DNA of 64,000 nt from Actinomycetota bacterium (GCA_030018275.1 JASEGB010000001.1:4380-68379); one strand, 5' to 3'; shown: positions 30,372 through 40,970, numbered from the stretch's first letter. Notes: generated by a model not told the origin, from the letters alone. A program made the numbers and translations.

Positions 30372-31335
30372 TCTGAGACATCCTACGCTTTAAACTCGCC
30401 TTTCGGATCGACATCCTATCCTTGGGCTTGTTAATAAGAGCTTCTCTTATTAACTCCATTATCCTTTGCTCAGATCCCTCACAAAGAACTTTCTTCACAT
30501 TTATCTCTTCCTCAGAGAAGAGACAGGTTCTCAATCTGCCATCGGCAGTCAGGCGAAGGCGATTGCATTTGGAACAAAAATGACCGCTAACGGGACTGAT
30601 GAAACCCAAGGTTCCCTGAGCTCCTTTAAATGTATAGTATCTGGCAGGGCCCGCCCCCAAGGGAGAAGACACCTCCTCTAATCCCCCAAAATTCTTGAGC
30701 TTTTCCATCATTTCCGCACAGGATACGAATCTATCCTCATAATTTAGCTCCTGGTTAAAGGGCATATATTCGATGAATCTTACATGAACCGGATACTCAA
30801 GGATGAGTTCAGCGAATTTTTTAAGATTTTCGTTTAGACCTCGCAAAACGACTACATTAATCTTTACCGGATCCAATCCCACTTCGAGAGCGGCATTCAT
30901 CCCTTCCAATGCTTTCCTGACATCGCCTCCCCGAGTTAGACGGCGATAGACCTCCGGTTCCAAAGAATCCAGGCTGATATTGATGCGCTTTAGCCCCGCA
31001 TCGACAAGAGCCTTAGCATAATCTTTGAGCAGGATGCCATTGGTGGTCAAGGACATGTCCTTGAGATCCGAAATTTGAGAGAGACGGTGCACCAAGTCTA
31101 CGACACCCCTGCGCACAAGGGGTTCTCCACCGGTGAGTCTTATCCTAGAAATACCCACCTTTACGGCACACTTGGCAAAAAGTTCAATTTCTTCGTAGGT
31201 GAGGATTTCGCTGTGGGGTTTTGGCTTAATTCCTTCCTTGGGCATACAGTAAACGCACCGCAAGTTACATCTATCGGTTATTGATACCCTCAAATAATCT
31301 ATTTTTCGCTTATAAGAATCGATTAGCTCAGGCAT
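30361..31335 (-). CDS. moaA: GTP 3',8-cyclase
   Basis: [18 protein letters not shown]-terminal MSQIGG. Confidence 0.96.
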   Translation of the reverse strand: MPELIDSYKRKIDYLRVSITDRCNLRCVYCMPKEGIKPKPHSEILTYEEIELFAKCAVKVGISRIRLTGGEPLVRRGVVDLVHRLSQISDLKDMSLTTNGILLKDYAKALVDAGLKRINISLDSLEPEVYRRLTRGGDVRKALEGMNAALEVGLDPVKINVVVLRGLNENLKKFAELILEYPVHVRFIEYMPFNQELNYEDRFVSCAEMMEKLKNFGGLEEVSSPLGAGPARYYTFKGAQGTLGFISPVSGHFCSKCNRLRLTADGRLRTCLFSEEEINVKKVLCEGSEQRIMELIREALINKPKDRMSIRKASLKRRMSQIGG

Positions 31336-31360
31336 ATGACCCCACTTTCTGCCGCAGATA

Positions 31361-31417
31361 CAGGTTGCAGGTCGCATGGCATGCCTTTCCTGCCACCTGC
31401 GACATGCTACCTGCGAC
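31361..31417. repeat. Heptamer hairpin (CAGGTCG / CTGCGAC)
   Basis: caggttg caggtcg ... ctgccac ctgcgac atgctac ctgcgac between moeA and moaA. Confidence 0.65.
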
Positions 31418-31420
31418 GAG

Positions 31421-32647
31421 TTAGTGATCTTCCGGCATATCTATCAGATGAACCCTCACCCTCTCTCCCGCCTTCATTAAAGGTGCATCCTTTGGAATTA
31501 AGGCTAAACCGTTTGCCAAAGACATGGTCTTCAAAATCCCGGATCCTTGAGGACCCGCGCTGGTGGCATAGTACTCACCATTCTTGCGCTCCACACGAAC
31601 CCTTACGTAGTGCATCCTCCCGGGTTTCTTTTTGATATCCTGAGTTAGAACAGCCTCAATCTCGGGGCGGAAGAGCTTTGTTCTGCCCATCATCTTAAGG
31701 AGGGCGGGACGCACATATTCCTCAAAGCAAATCATCGAGGCTCCCGGGTTTCCGGGCAATCCAAAGACTGGTTTGCCTTTAAACATCCAAAAAGCTAGAG
31801 GCATGCCCGGTCTTTGAGCTACCCTCCAGAACTTGAGCTCCGCACCAAGATCCTCGAGTACATCTTTGACTATATCGTGCTCCCCCACGGATACTCCGGC
31901 GGTTGTTACGATCACATCGCAATGAAGAGCTTCTCTTAGCTTGGCACCGATGCTCTCCACGGTATCTCTAGCAATGCCCAACCTCACGGGTCTGGCTCCG
32001 CAGGCAATCACCTGAGCAGCCGTGGAATAACTATTGCTATCCCTTATCTTACCCATGGGAAGTGGCTCATCTATCTCCACCAGTTCATCTCCAGTACACA
32101 AAATCGCCACACTTGGGTGGGGCAGGACCATTACTTTGCTTTTACCCAAAGAGGCCAGGATTCCAATCTGGGAAGGACCGATCACCGTACCCGATCTTAT
32201 GACCGTTTCCCCCTTTCTTACATCCTCTCCGGCAAGGCGAATATCTTGACCTTCTTTGACCTCTTGTAGAATATATACCCACTCCCCGGAAGTTTGAGTA
32301 TCCTCCACTCTAATCACCGCGTCTGCACCTTTGGGTATGAGTGCTCCAGTCATAACCTTCACTGCAACGCCAGGGGTTACAACAATCTTGGTCACCCCTC
32401 CCGCTGGCTGATAGTCGACGATTTTGAGCCTCACGGGATTTTCCTTTGAAGCTCCTTTGGTATCACTGGCTTTAACGGCAAAACCATCCATTGCTGAGTT
32501 ATCAAAAGGTGGAATATCCATATCCGATACCACATCTTGGGCAAGGACGGAACCCAAGCTATCCAGGATATCCAATTCACATGGGGAAAGTGTTTTAACC
32601 TCATTTAAAACAATGGACTTTGCCTCTTCCGGACTTATCAATTCCAT
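31421..32647 (-). CDS. moeA: Molybdopterin molybdotransferase
   Basis: PPFDNSAMDGFA, TGDEL, GLPGNP, QGSG. Confidence 0.95.
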   Translation of the reverse strand: MELISPEEAKSIVLNEVKTLSPCELDILDSLGSVLAQDVVSDMDIPPFDNSAMDGFAVKASDTKGASKENPVRLKIVDYQPAGGVTKIVVTPGVAVKVMTGALIPKGADAVIRVEDTQTSGEWVYILQEVKEGQDIRLAGEDVRKGETVIRSGTVIGPSQIGILASLGKSKVMVLPHPSVAILCTGDELVEIDEPLPMGKIRDSNSYSTAAQVIACGARPVRLGIARDTVESIGAKLREALHCDVIVTTAGVSVGEHDIVKDVLEDLGAELKFWRVAQRPGMPLAFWMFKGKPVFGLPGNPGASMICFEEYVRPALLKMMGRTKLFRPEIEAVLTQDIKKKPGRMHYVRVRVERKNGEYYATSAGPQGSGILKTMSLANGLALIPKDAPLMKAGERVRVHLIDMPEDH

Positions 32648-32718
32648 TACCCCCCTTTTAAACCCGTTGTTCGATGTTCGGCCTAAATCCACAGAAAATT
32701 TAAAATGGAATTTTGAAT

Positions 32719-33813
32719 TTATTTTCTTATCACATGCACCGCTGTTGCCTTGAAACTAGCTACAACGGTTTGACCTTCTTTGATATCTAGCTCGTCTACA
32801 GATTGTTTGGTCACGAAGGAGACCAGGGGAAATCCACAATCCAAACGCACTTTGACGATCGCTCCCTGAGGTATAACCTTTTTTACAACACTCAAGAATC
32901 TGTTTCTAGCACTTGAAATCATATCTCGCCCCTCGTCCCTCGTCCCTTGAAGAGTCACCTCCTCCGGTCGAATACATAGAAGGACTCTTTCACCCACTGA
33001 AGACTCGCAAAGGACTTCCACTCTTCCCCCAGTAACCACAACATCAGCTAGACCATTTCTCTGCGAAACAACTGTTCCCGAAAGAATGGTCTCAACCCCA
33101 ACGAAGCCCGCAACTCTTTCATTTACAGGATAATTGAAGATTTCCTCAGGCGTTCCAATCTGGAGAATCTCACCTTTATCCATGACCGCCATTCGGTCAG
33201 CGAGCATCAGCGCCTCCGTTCGATCGTGGGTCACGTAAACCGTGGTCAATTTCATCCCCCTTATGACCCTCTCCAAATCCTCGCGGAGTGCTTCCTTAGT
33301 GGGAGGATCAAGAGAGGCGAAGGGCTCATCCAGGAAGAGGACTTGAGGCTCAAAAACTAAAGCTCGAGCAAGGGATACTCTCTGCGCTTCTCCCCCGGAA
33401 AGCCTCAAGGCATGGCGATCGGATAGATGGTGAATGTTGAACTTCATCAAAAGTCGATTGACCCTTTCCTCGATCTTCATTTTTGGATACTTCCTTACCC
33501 TCAAGCCATAGGCCACGTTTTCGAAGACGGTCCCGTTGAAGAGGAGGGGTTCCTGGAAGACCATGACCATTCTTCTCCTTAAGAACAGCTTATCAGTGGA
33601 AGGTTCGATAACCATTCCCCGGAAAATGATCTCCCCGTGAGATGGTCTTTCCAACAAATTCAATATCCTAAGCAGCGTGCTCTTCCCGGCACCATTGGGA
33701 CCAATGATGGCAAAAATCTCCCCCCGATAAATCTTTAAGTTCTCGATGGACAGGACTCGCTTGCCATCATACTCATGTATTAGGTTTCTTACCTCCAGGT
33801 ACGGATGATCCAT
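32719..33813 (-). CDS. tupC: Tungstate ABC transporter ATPase with TOBE domains
   Basis: GPNGAGKS, LSGGEAQR, C-terminal FKATAVH TOBE. Confidence 0.85.
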   Translation of the reverse strand: MDHPYLEVRNLIHEYDGKRVLSIENLKIYRGEIFAIIGPNGAGKSTLLRILNLLERPSHGEIIFRGMVIEPSTDKLFLRRRMVMVFQEPLLFNGTVFENVAYGLRVRKYPKMKIEERVNRLLMKFNIHHLSDRHALRLSGGEAQRVSLARALVFEPQVLFLDEPFASLDPPTKEALREDLERVIRGMKLTTVYVTHDRTEALMLADRMAVMDKGEILQIGTPEEIFNYPVNERVAGFVGVETILSGTVVSQRNGLADVVVTGGRVEVLCESSVGERVLLCIRPEEVTLQGTRDEGRDMISSARNRFLSVVKKVIPQGAIVKVRLDCGFPLVSFVTKQSVDELDIKEGQTVVASFKATAVHVIRK

Positions 33814-34526
33814 GGAGCAGCTCCCTTTTGCTGGATATCTGTGAGAATCAGGTTTACGATGAAGGCCAGGACCAAAAGAATCACACTTAAGGCTATGGCG
33901 ATATCAAAATGTCCCATCCTAGTCTCCATTACCGTTGCCGTGGTCAGGACCCTTGTTTGACCCTTTATATTGCCTCCCACCATCATCACCGCTCCCACTT
34001 CGGAGATAACTCCGCCAAAACCAGCCATGATCGCAGCCAAAGTGGGAAGGCGAGCCTCCTTGATGAGAGTCATGAGCATCTGCACGCGAGATGCTCCCAG
34101 GGATAAAGCCTGTAATCTCAACTTCGGATCGAGCTGCTGGATGGCGGCGATCGTCAGGCCAGCCACAATTGGTGCGGCGATGAGTACTTGGGCGATGACC
34201 ATAGCTGTTGGGGTATAGAGTATTCCAAAAAATCCCAGTGGTCCACTCCGCCAGAGAAACATGCACACGAAGAGACCGGCCACCACGGGTGGAAGACCCA
34301 TGCCCGTGTTAATGGCGGCAACCAAAATTCTCCTCCCTGGGAATGATGTGAGGGCGAGTGACATTCCCAACGGGATGCCCAGAAGCATGGAGATCAAAAC
34401 CGCACCACCTGAGATCTTTAGGGAAAGGAGAGCGATTTGTATAACCTCTCGATCTCCGGTGATCAGGAGTAGAACCGCTTTTTTTATGCCTTCCCAGATT
34501 AGTTCCATCTCACGCCTCCATTTCAA
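33789..34526 (-). CDS. tupB: Tungstate ABC transporter permease
   Basis: NTGMGLPPVV, GPLG, ISEVGAVMMVGGNI..TRVLTT. Confidence 0.9.
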   Translation of the reverse strand: MKWRREMELIWEGIKKAVLLLITGDREVIQIALLSLKISGGAVLISMLLGIPLGMSLALTSFPGRRILVAAINTGMGLPPVVAGLFVCMFLWRSGPLGFFGILYTPTAMVIAQVLIAAPIVAGLTIAAIQQLDPKLRLQALSLGASRVQMLMTLIKEARLPTLAAIMAGFGGVISEVGAVMMVGGNIKGQTRVLTTATVMETRMGHFDIAIALSVILLVLAFIVNLILTDIQQKGAAPWIIRTWR

Positions 34527-35363
34527 CTATTTAGTCTTTGCTCGCCACTCTCGCGAGTTTGGAGTAAATAAGGGTTGCCTATATTTTTCCTTACCGAAAT
34601 CTCCAATGATCCTTTGGGTCTCAACCGAGGTTATCCATTTAATAAACTTCGTGGCTAAATTGTAGTTTACCTTGGGAAATCTCTTTGGATTTACGGCGAT
34701 CACCCCATAGGGATTGAATAGAACCCTGTCGCCTTCGACCAGAATGGTGAGGTTTATGCTTTCCTTAAGCGAAAGATAGGTTCCCCTGTCCGCAAGGGTA
34801 TAAGCTCCCTTTTCGTCGGCAACTCGGAGGGTTTCAGCCATGCCCTGGCCCGTCGAGATATAGCAATCGCTGGGAGGTCGAATTTTAGCCTTTTCCCAGA
34901 GTTTTTTCTCTTTCTTGTGAGTTCCAGAGTCATCGCCTCGAGAAACAAAGAGAGCTTTCTCAAGAACGATCCGTCTTAGGGCACCAGGGGCATCCATGCC
35001 TTTAATTCCAGCGGGATCGGGAGCCGGTCCAACGATGACAAAATCGTTGTACATGACATCTCTCCGGTTTACCCCATATCCTTGGGCGACGAACTTCTCC
35101 TCGGCTTCACGGGAATGTACCAATAAGACATCGGCCTCACCCCTCTCGCCCATGGCAATGGCTTCACCGGTTCCCACGGCAATGGTTTTGACCCTTGCAT
35201 TGTACTTCTTCTCAAAAATGGGGAGAATTTCGTCTAAAAGTCCGGTGTCATGGGTGCTAGTGGTAGTGGCCAGGATTAAAACCCGTTTCTCCGATTTACA
35301 TCCCAATAATAGGAAGAAGATTAGCATCAAAATAATTAGCATCCCTGATTTTTTAAACTTCAC
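34527..35363 (-). CDS. tupA: Tungstate-binding lipoprotein
   Basis: LLGC lipobox, ATTTS tungstate signature, SRGDDSGTH. Confidence 0.92.
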   Translation of the reverse strand: MKFKKSGMLIILMLIFFLLLGCKSEKRVLILATTTSTHDTGLLDEILPIFEKKYNARVKTIAVGTGEAIAMGERGEADVLLVHSREAEEKFVAQGYGVNRRDVMYNDFVIVGPAPDPAGIKGMDAPGALRRIVLEKALFVSRGDDSGTHKKEKKLWEKAKIRPPSDCYISTGQGMAETLRVADEKGAYTLADRGTYLSLKESINLTILVEGDRVLFNPYGVIAVNPKRFPKVNYNLATKFIKWITSVETQRIIGDFGKEKYRQPLFTPNSREWRAKTK

Positions 35364-35419
35364 ATCAATCCTTCGCAAACTCGTCACCCATCCGCCTATC
35401 AACCTATCCACCCATCGAC

Positions 35420-35599
35420 CTAAAAGCATCCAAGCTCGCAGCCGTAAATTTTGATCCCTAGATGGTTTGCAACTCGGCCCACCTCCAGGGGAGAGACTTT
35501 CAACTTTTCAGCCAGCTTACGGGCCTGGGGACAGGAAATTTTGCCCTCCTTTGCCTCCGCTTTCACTGCCTTGAGAATCTCTCCAGATACACCGCACAT
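35420..35599 (-). CDS. Small conserved Cys protein ending CxLGCF (not in ORF track)
   Basis: MCGVSGEILKAVKAEAKEGKISCPQARKLAEKLKVSPLEVGRVANHLGIKIYGCELGCF; RBS GGAGG. Confidence 0.75.
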   Translation of the reverse strand: MCGVSGEILKAVKAEAKEGKISCPQARKLAEKLKVSPLEVGRVANHLGIKIYGCELGCF

Positions 35600-35692
35600 A
35601 GCTCTACGATACCTCCAAAGTCATTATTGGTTATTGGGTGATTGGGTGATTGGGAAATCTTTTCTCAACCATTAACCCATCCGCCTATAACC

Positions 35693-35729
35693 TAAAAAAG
35701 CACCGCCTCCACGCATATGGATACGGTGC
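35693..35729 (-). terminator. Riboswitch-associated intrinsic terminator
   Basis: GCACCGTATCCA...TGGAGGCGGTGC-TTTTTT. Confidence 0.75.
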
Positions 35730-35742
35730 CTTAAATTTCAAA

Positions 35743-35840
35743 CACTCTCCTTTCCAAACACGGGAGGCCCAGACGTTTCCATCTAAACCCTATCGGTCAT
35801 CCCCCATAGGCTAAAGCCCTTAGGAAAAATGACTCGGAGA
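35743..35840 (-). ncRNA. Moco RNA motif riboswitch (P3-less, Tuco-type)
   Basis: CTCCGAG..CCTAAG..TATGG..AGGG..GGAAAC..CCTCCCG..TGGAAAGGAG upstream of tup/moe/moa. Confidence 0.88.
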
Positions 35841-35907
35841 TAGCATATATAATTTACCTATATAATATTCGCTAAAATTTCTCTTTTTCCTGCTTAAAAT
35901 CGCAAAT

Positions 35908-36150
35908 TTATTTCTCTTCTTCGCTCTCCTCTTTTTCCTCGACTTTTTCTTTACTCTTGGCCTTTTCTGTTTCCTCTTCGCCCTTACTTTCAGATGCTCT
36001 TCTGAGTTCACGTAGACCCGATCCTATGGCCTTACCGAGTTCTGGCAACTTGCGGGGGCCAAAGATTATTAAAACGATTACCAGAATGATTATGAGCTCC
36101 GTTGGTCCGAGCCCGAAAACATAAGCGGTCCATAACAAACCATCTAACAT
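35908..36150 (-). CDS. tatA: Twin-arginine translocase TatA
   Basis: GLGPTELIIIL...FGPRKLPELGKAIG. Confidence 0.93.
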   Translation of the reverse strand: MLDGLLWTAYVFGLGPTELIIILVIVLIIFGPRKLPELGKAIGSGLRELRRASESKGEEETEKAKSKEKVEEKEESEEEK

Positions 36151-36273
36151 TTACACCACGCCTTTTATTCAAATTTTCTTTAGTTTATCATAATTATACC
36201 CACAAGCCAATCTCATTAGAAATTCAACCCTAAATCTATAAAATTCCTGCAAAATCGATGGTCTTTTGGATCT

Positions 36274-36792
36274 CTATCTTGAGGGACTCGCCAGTAGCTC
36301 CCTCTCGATGAGATCGGCTAAACCCTTTACATCATTCATGTCGAAGTGTGGAACCTCCTTATAAAGCTCGGGAACTGGGGGGCTCAGGGGCTCGGTTTCT
36401 ACCACGGCGAGTAGTTCTTGGGAAGAACATAGGAGTTCACCTTGGTGAGATCGGTAGACCTCTATCTTGGGTTTATCTTCCCTCTTATACCCCTCGGTGA
36501 TGATGAGATCCGCATCCCCCGCAAACTTCCCCGAGATCTCGTCCAAGGAAAGTTCCCGATCCACCTTCTTTATCACGGCCACCTTGTGAAGAGAGGAAAT
36601 GACCACGGTATCCGCTCCAGCCCGAGCATGTCGCCAGGAATCCTTCCCCGGATGATCGATGTCGAAATCGTGGACATCATGCTTTATGGTAGCTATTTTA
36701 TATCCCCGCCTTTTAAGCTCGGGAATGAGTTTTTCAATCAAGGTGGTCTTACCGCTATGCGATTTACCAACCACTGAGATTATTGGAACCAC
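36274..36792 (-). CDS. mobB: Molybdopterin-guanine dinucleotide biosynthesis protein B
   Basis: GKSHSGKTT, IKHDVH, GKDSWRH, EGYK. Confidence 0.93.
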   Translation of the reverse strand: MVPIISVVGKSHSGKTTLIEKLIPELKRRGYKIATIKHDVHDFDIDHPGKDSWRHARAGADTVVISSLHKVAVIKKVDRELSLDEISGKFAGDADLIITEGYKREDKPKIEVYRSHQGELLCSSQELLAVVETEPLSPPVPELYKEVPHFDMNDVKGLADLIERELLASPSR

Positions 36793-36800
36793 CTAATTCA

Positions 36801-36880
36801 GAGAGAAGTCTAGGGGATAAGTCTAGAGGGAAAACAACATTCTTTTCCTCTCTAGACTCTAGACTCATCCCTTATCCCTC
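36801..36880. repeat. Heptamer hairpin (GTCTAGA/GGGATAA class)
   Basis: gagaagtctaggggataagtctagaggg ... ctctctagactctagactcatcccttatccctc. Confidence 0.7.
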
Positions 36881-37618
36881 CTACATTATTATTCTCTCGG
36901 GATGGGAATAGATTTTCATCTTTCCCGCTCTGACATAGCCAATTATGGTTACTCCCAGCTTCTCGCCGATTTCCACGGATAAATCGGTGGGGGAACTACG
37001 GGAGACAACTAAGGGTATCCTTGCCTTTGCTGCCTTTAACAACATCTCTGAGGAGATTCTTCCCGTGCTGAACATCATTTTGTCCTCAGTTTGAATTTGA
37101 TTCAGGAAGCACTCCCCCAAAATCTTGTCAAAGGTATTATGTCGACCGATATCCTCACTGAAGGAAAGGATGCCATCTTTATCACACAAAGCCGAGCAAT
37201 GGATACCTCCTGATTGGCGATAAAGTTCCGCCCCGCCAAGCATATCCTTCATCAGATTTAAGATGGTGTCCTTGGATACCTTGAGCCTTGATTCTATTTT
37301 CACCGTTTTAATATCGGATAAGCTGGTAAAGGTGAATCCTCTTCCGCAACCGGAGGTTAAAAACCTTTTATGGAACAATTTTTCCAGCAATGTCTTCTTT
37401 TTGGTTTCCACCCAGACTATACCCTTATTTTGATCAACCGTGGTTTGTTTCAAATCTCCTATATCCTTTAGAATTCCCTCGGCATATAGGAAACCTACAG
37501 CTAGTTCCCTCAATTTACCGGGCGTAGCCATAACCGTGACTAATTGCTCGTCATTGAGGAAAATGGTTATCGGCTTCTCCGCGGGAAGTGCCGCCTGCGA
37601 CTTTTTGACCTTGGTCAT
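36881..37618 (-). CDS. fdhD: Formate dehydrogenase accessory sulfurtransferase
   Basis: ELAVGFLYAEG, TSGCG, GGIH, EDIGRHN. Confidence 0.93.
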   Translation of the reverse strand: MTKVKKSQAALPAEKPITIFLNDEQLVTVMATPGKLRELAVGFLYAEGILKDIGDLKQTTVDQNKGIVWVETKKKTLLEKLFHKRFLTSGCGRGFTFTSLSDIKTVKIESRLKVSKDTILNLMKDMLGGAELYRQSGGIHCSALCDKDGILSFSEDIGRHNTFDKILGECFLNQIQTEDKMMFSTGRISSEMLLKAAKARIPLVVSRSSPTDLSVEIGEKLGVTIIGYVRAGKMKIYSHPERIIM

Positions 37619-38262
37619 CGATCTCCCTCAAATCGTCTGGATTTCGCCTTCCTACAGATGCGCCTGGCCAATTCCAAATCCTGGAAGGTATTTACATTAA
37701 AAAAGGATAGGAATTGCGGATCGAATCTTTTCACCTGCTCTACATGTATATATTTTACCCGAACATCATCGAAAAAAGAAATGATTCTAAAATCTTTCTG
37801 GCCAAGCCTTTCTTGGATGGGAGCAATACAATTAGTGGAATAAATGGCATGAAGTGGTTCCAACCCTTTAGGAGAATAGGGTATTATAATATCTACCCCA
37901 TTCGTTTCTTTCTCCAAAAACCTCATCAATCCCAAATTCAGGAACGGCATATCACAGGCGACTACAAAATTATAGAAGCTTTGAGATGACCGCAGACCGG
38001 CCAGGATACCACCGAGGGGACCTTGATAGGGAATTTCATCCTGAATTATCTGAAAATCCCGGCTAAAATTCCCAATGTGGTAAGCTTGGGGAGTGTTGGT
38101 GACAACGATGATTTCCCCGCATACGCAGGATAATTTGTCCAAAACATGCTCGAAGAGAGCCTTTGAACCTATTTTTAGAAACGATTTATCCTTTCCGATT
38201 CTTGAACTTCTTCCCCCTCCCAGGATAATCCCAGTGATCCCCACCACTCTCCTTGTATACAT
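37615..38262 (-). CDS. mobA: Molybdenum cofactor guanylyltransferase
   Basis: LGGGRSSRIG.DK, GPLGGI, ACDMPF, FFNVNT. Confidence 0.92.
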   Translation of the reverse strand: MYTRRVVGITGIILGGGRSSRIGKDKSFLKIGSKALFEHVLDKLSCVCGEIIVVTNTPQAYHIGNFSRDFQIIQDEIPYQGPLGGILAGLRSSQSFYNFVVACDMPFLNLGLMRFLEKETNGVDIIIPYSPKGLEPLHAIYSTNCIAPIQERLGQKDFRIISFFDDVRVKYIHVEQVKRFDPQFLSFFNVNTFQDLELARRICRKAKSRRFEGDR

Positions 38263-38265
38263 ATT

Positions 38266-38368
38266 TAACCCTGGGCATAATTCGTTCACAGAGTTATTGT
38301 CATTTTGCACTTTGCACTTTGAATTTTGAATTTAAGATGAGCTTAATTGAGATTTATGTCTAGCATAT
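38266..38368. mobile_element. MITE-like element (TAGRCATAATTC ends), copy 1
   Basis: TGGGCATAATTC (38272) ... GATTTATGTCTA (38351); flanking near-direct repeats TATACATATT / TATGCATATT; internal TTTGCAC/TTTGAAT heptamers. Confidence 0.5.
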
Positions 38369-38461
38369 ATGCATATTATAAAGACCTTGAACGCTGGACT
38401 TCTGGAAGTTTCTTTACATCTATTTTACCAGGTGTTAGGCATAAGGGACAACGACCATTGA

Positions 38462-39361
38462 CTAATCCTTGGGGATAATGTATTGGGCTACGGGCGTATA
38501 ACCCTGCTCTTTGGCAAAGGTATCCAAATGGACCCCAGCGACATCTTCAATCTCAAGAATCACCTTTCGTTGTAACTCTCGTTCGTCGGAGGTCTTTATG
38601 TACCTCTTGCACATCTCACATACATCCGCGCGATGTCCCCTGTCGCCTTCGGAATAAAAATATTGAAGGGATTCATGATCGCTATTTCCGCAGAAGGGAC
38701 ACTTAACTCTCAAGAAGCACCACTGAGTTCGACAGAGAGAACATTGCAAAAGTCTTAAACCATCTTCCTCTCGAAACTTTGCAATCAGAGGTTTGCGCCC
38801 GCAAATGGGACAAAAACCCTGCCGCCAAAGGGCATAATCGATTTTATCCCGAACCTCCCTGGCATGCCTTTCATAAAAGGGAATGAGCGCATTTTGAACT
38901 AAAAAGAATAGGATATCCATGTTTAGCTTTACCTTCTTTGAAAATTCCATCAAATATGGGATATTCGTTTGCTTCAAGTTCCTAATGAAATCGCTCATTT
39001 TTTCGGGCTTAAGCTCTTCAGAGGAAAGGAGTTTGCTAAACTTTCCCTTAAACTTGCTTTTAGCCTTGATGACCTCGCACAATTCTTCCAGTAATTGTCG
39101 GAATAGGGTGGAGTCAATGATGATGTCTTCATCCCTGAAAAGGAATCTCCCCTCCTTAAGTCTCGCTCTAATCCCCCCTTCACCGAGATAAACCTGGGGC
39201 TCAATTAGTGATATATATTTCCGCTGAACCTCGAATATTGCCTGGTAAAAATGGACCAAACCGCTTAAGCCAGGATTTCGTTTTTTATAGTACTCTATCT
39301 CTCTTCCCATCTCGTTTGGGGAAATATCCCCTTGCTTCAAATGGATTTGAATTTGACTCAT
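38462..39361 (-). CDS. fdhE: Formate dehydrogenase accessory protein
   Basis: CPICG, CSLC.TQW, CPFCGN, CEMCKRYIK. Confidence 0.9.
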   Translation of the reverse strand: MSQIQIHLKQGDISPNEMGREIEYYKKRNPGLSGLVHFYQAIFEVQRKYISLIEPQVYLGEGGIRARLKEGRFLFRDEDIIIDSTLFRQLLEELCEVIKAKSKFKGKFSKLLSSEELKPEKMSDFIRNLKQTNIPYLMEFSKKVKLNMDILFFLVQNALIPFYERHAREVRDKIDYALWRQGFCPICGRKPLIAKFREEDGLRLLQCSLCRTQWCFLRVKCPFCGNSDHESLQYFYSEGDRGHRADVCEMCKRYIKTSDERELQRKVILEIEDVAGVHLDTFAKEQGYTPVAQYIIPKD

Positions 39362-39462
39362 CTCCTTCCCTAAAATCTTTATACAAATATGAATTCTAGC
39401 TTGGGTTTTCGAATCCTTTAAATAACACCAAAGCCTCTGTGGAAGCTCGGAGTTTGGAATTT

Positions 39463-39506
39463 AAAAAAATGGGCACCCATCCACAAAGAACGGGTGTCCA
39501 TTTTTC
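39463..39506 (-). terminator. Terminator of the fdn operon
   Basis: AAAAATGGACACCC...GGGTGCCCATTTTTTT. Confidence 0.7.
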
Positions 39507-39517
39507 TGAATCAAAAA

Positions 39518-40180
39518 TTAGGTACTTTCCTTCCCTTTGACCTCCTCATACCACCTCGCCCAATGATACTTCGCTTCCTCCTCGCTCACCGTGCCATCGC
39601 CGAACATATATCTCCAAGCACCTCGATAAGGTTGAAAGATACCAAGTCCCAAGTAGATGTGTCCAAGGAGGACTACACCGAGGATGATCGTCCCCAACTC
39701 ATGGAGAGGAAAGCACCACTGCACCAGTCCTTTGGGGAAATTGGCGGGGAAAGCCATTGCAATCCCGGTCAAAATGAGGAGGATGGAACTACCGATGATG
39801 ACCCAGTCAGCGAACTTTTGCCCCGATTTTAATCTGCCCTGTGGAGGCATCTTCGTCTTTGCACGGAATAGATAAATGGGAAATCTCAGCAACCAGGCGG
39901 TGTCATTTTCTTCCCAGGTGAATATGTCCTTGAGGAAATGCACAAATCCCCGCCAGTTGAATATGATCATAAGAATGGGGATGCCAATGAAGAAAACACC
40001 ACAAACCCTATGGGCGAACCTGGATCCATTGAGTCCCCCAAAGACCGCAGCTAAACCATTTAATCGAGGCAAATAAAGCGCGAGCCCCGTATAGAAAAGC
40101 AGTAAACAAGAGATGGTGTGTGTCCAGTGAAGAAATCTAGCAGCTGCGCTTTGCCTTATGACTCTTCTCCTACGTCTCAC
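39518..40180 (-). CDS. fdnI: Formate dehydrogenase gamma subunit (cytochrome b)
   Basis: RFLHW, FAHR, PPQGRLKSGQK, GHIY; 4 TMs. Confidence 0.88.
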   Translation of the reverse strand: MRRRRRVIRQSAAARFLHWTHTISCLLLFYTGLALYLPRLNGLAAVFGGLNGSRFAHRVCGVFFIGIPILMIIFNWRGFVHFLKDIFTWEENDTAWLLRFPIYLFRAKTKMPPQGRLKSGQKFADWVIIGSSILLILTGIAMAFPANFPKGLVQWCFPLHELGTIILGVVLLGHIYLGLGIFQPYRGAWRYMFGDGTVSEEEAKYHWARWYEEVKGKEST

Positions 40181-40970
40181 TACTCCTCACCCCCCTCCTC
40201 ACTTCCTCTTCGGGTTTATATCCTATGTTGAGCAGAAAACTGAGCGCGAATGCGGCGACAGCGGCTCCACCTAAGATCGGACCCAGTGGTTTGAGGATGT
40301 CCTGCCATAAGACCGCAGAGATTGGAACCTTGGGCTCCTCCGGGAGATCATAAGTTTTCGCTTTTTCAGCCAGGACATACATCACGCCCAATCCACCCAA
40401 TTCAGTTTCGCCATAAAGACGTGCATCGAGATTGCCATCTGCTTTGAGAGCACTCACTCTCTCCAAGCCCAGGGAGACCATTTCCTCTCTCTCACCGAAT
40501 TGAATGGCTCCAGGAGGACAGGTCTGGGCACAAGCAGGGGTAAGGCCATTTGACACCCGGTCATAGCACATCCTACACTTCTTAACGGTATTTGTATCCG
40601 TGTCATATTGGGGAATCTCAAATGGGCAGTTCTGTACACAATACTTGCAACCAGTGCACTTATCCTGATCGATGACCACCGCTCCGAGCTCGGTCTCGTG
40701 TGCCGCCCCCGTAGGACATACTTTAACGCAGGTAGCGTCAGTACAGTGCATGCATTGCATCTTTCTAAATAGCCATTTTACTTCCCCGTTCTCGCTGATC
40801 TCCTTGAATTTGAGCTTTGTCCAAGTTTTGGGTGAAAGTTCGGGTGGATTTTCATAGGTTCCTTGACAAGTGGTCTTCTCCGCGGGAAGCTGATTCCACT
40901 GCTTGCAAGCTACCTGGCAAGCGCGACAGGCAGTGCACTTTGTGACGTCTATGAGCATCGCCTTTGCCAT
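40170..40970 (-). CDS. fdnH: Formate dehydrogenase Fe-S beta subunit
   Basis: CTACRACQVAC, CMHC..C..CP, CTGCKYCVQNCP, C-terminal TM. Confidence 0.92.
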   Translation of the reverse strand: MAKAMLIDVTKCTACRACQVACKQWNQLPAEKTTCQGTYENPPELSPKTWTKLKFKEISENGEVKWLFRKMQCMHCTDATCVKVCPTGAAHETELGAVVIDQDKCTGCKYCVQNCPFEIPQYDTDTNTVKKCRMCYDRVSNGLTPACAQTCPPGAIQFGEREEMVSLGLERVSALKADGNLDARLYGETELGGLGVMYVLAEKAKTYDLPEEPKVPISAVLWQDILKPLGPILGGAAVAAFALSFLLNIGYKPEEEVRRGVRSSET

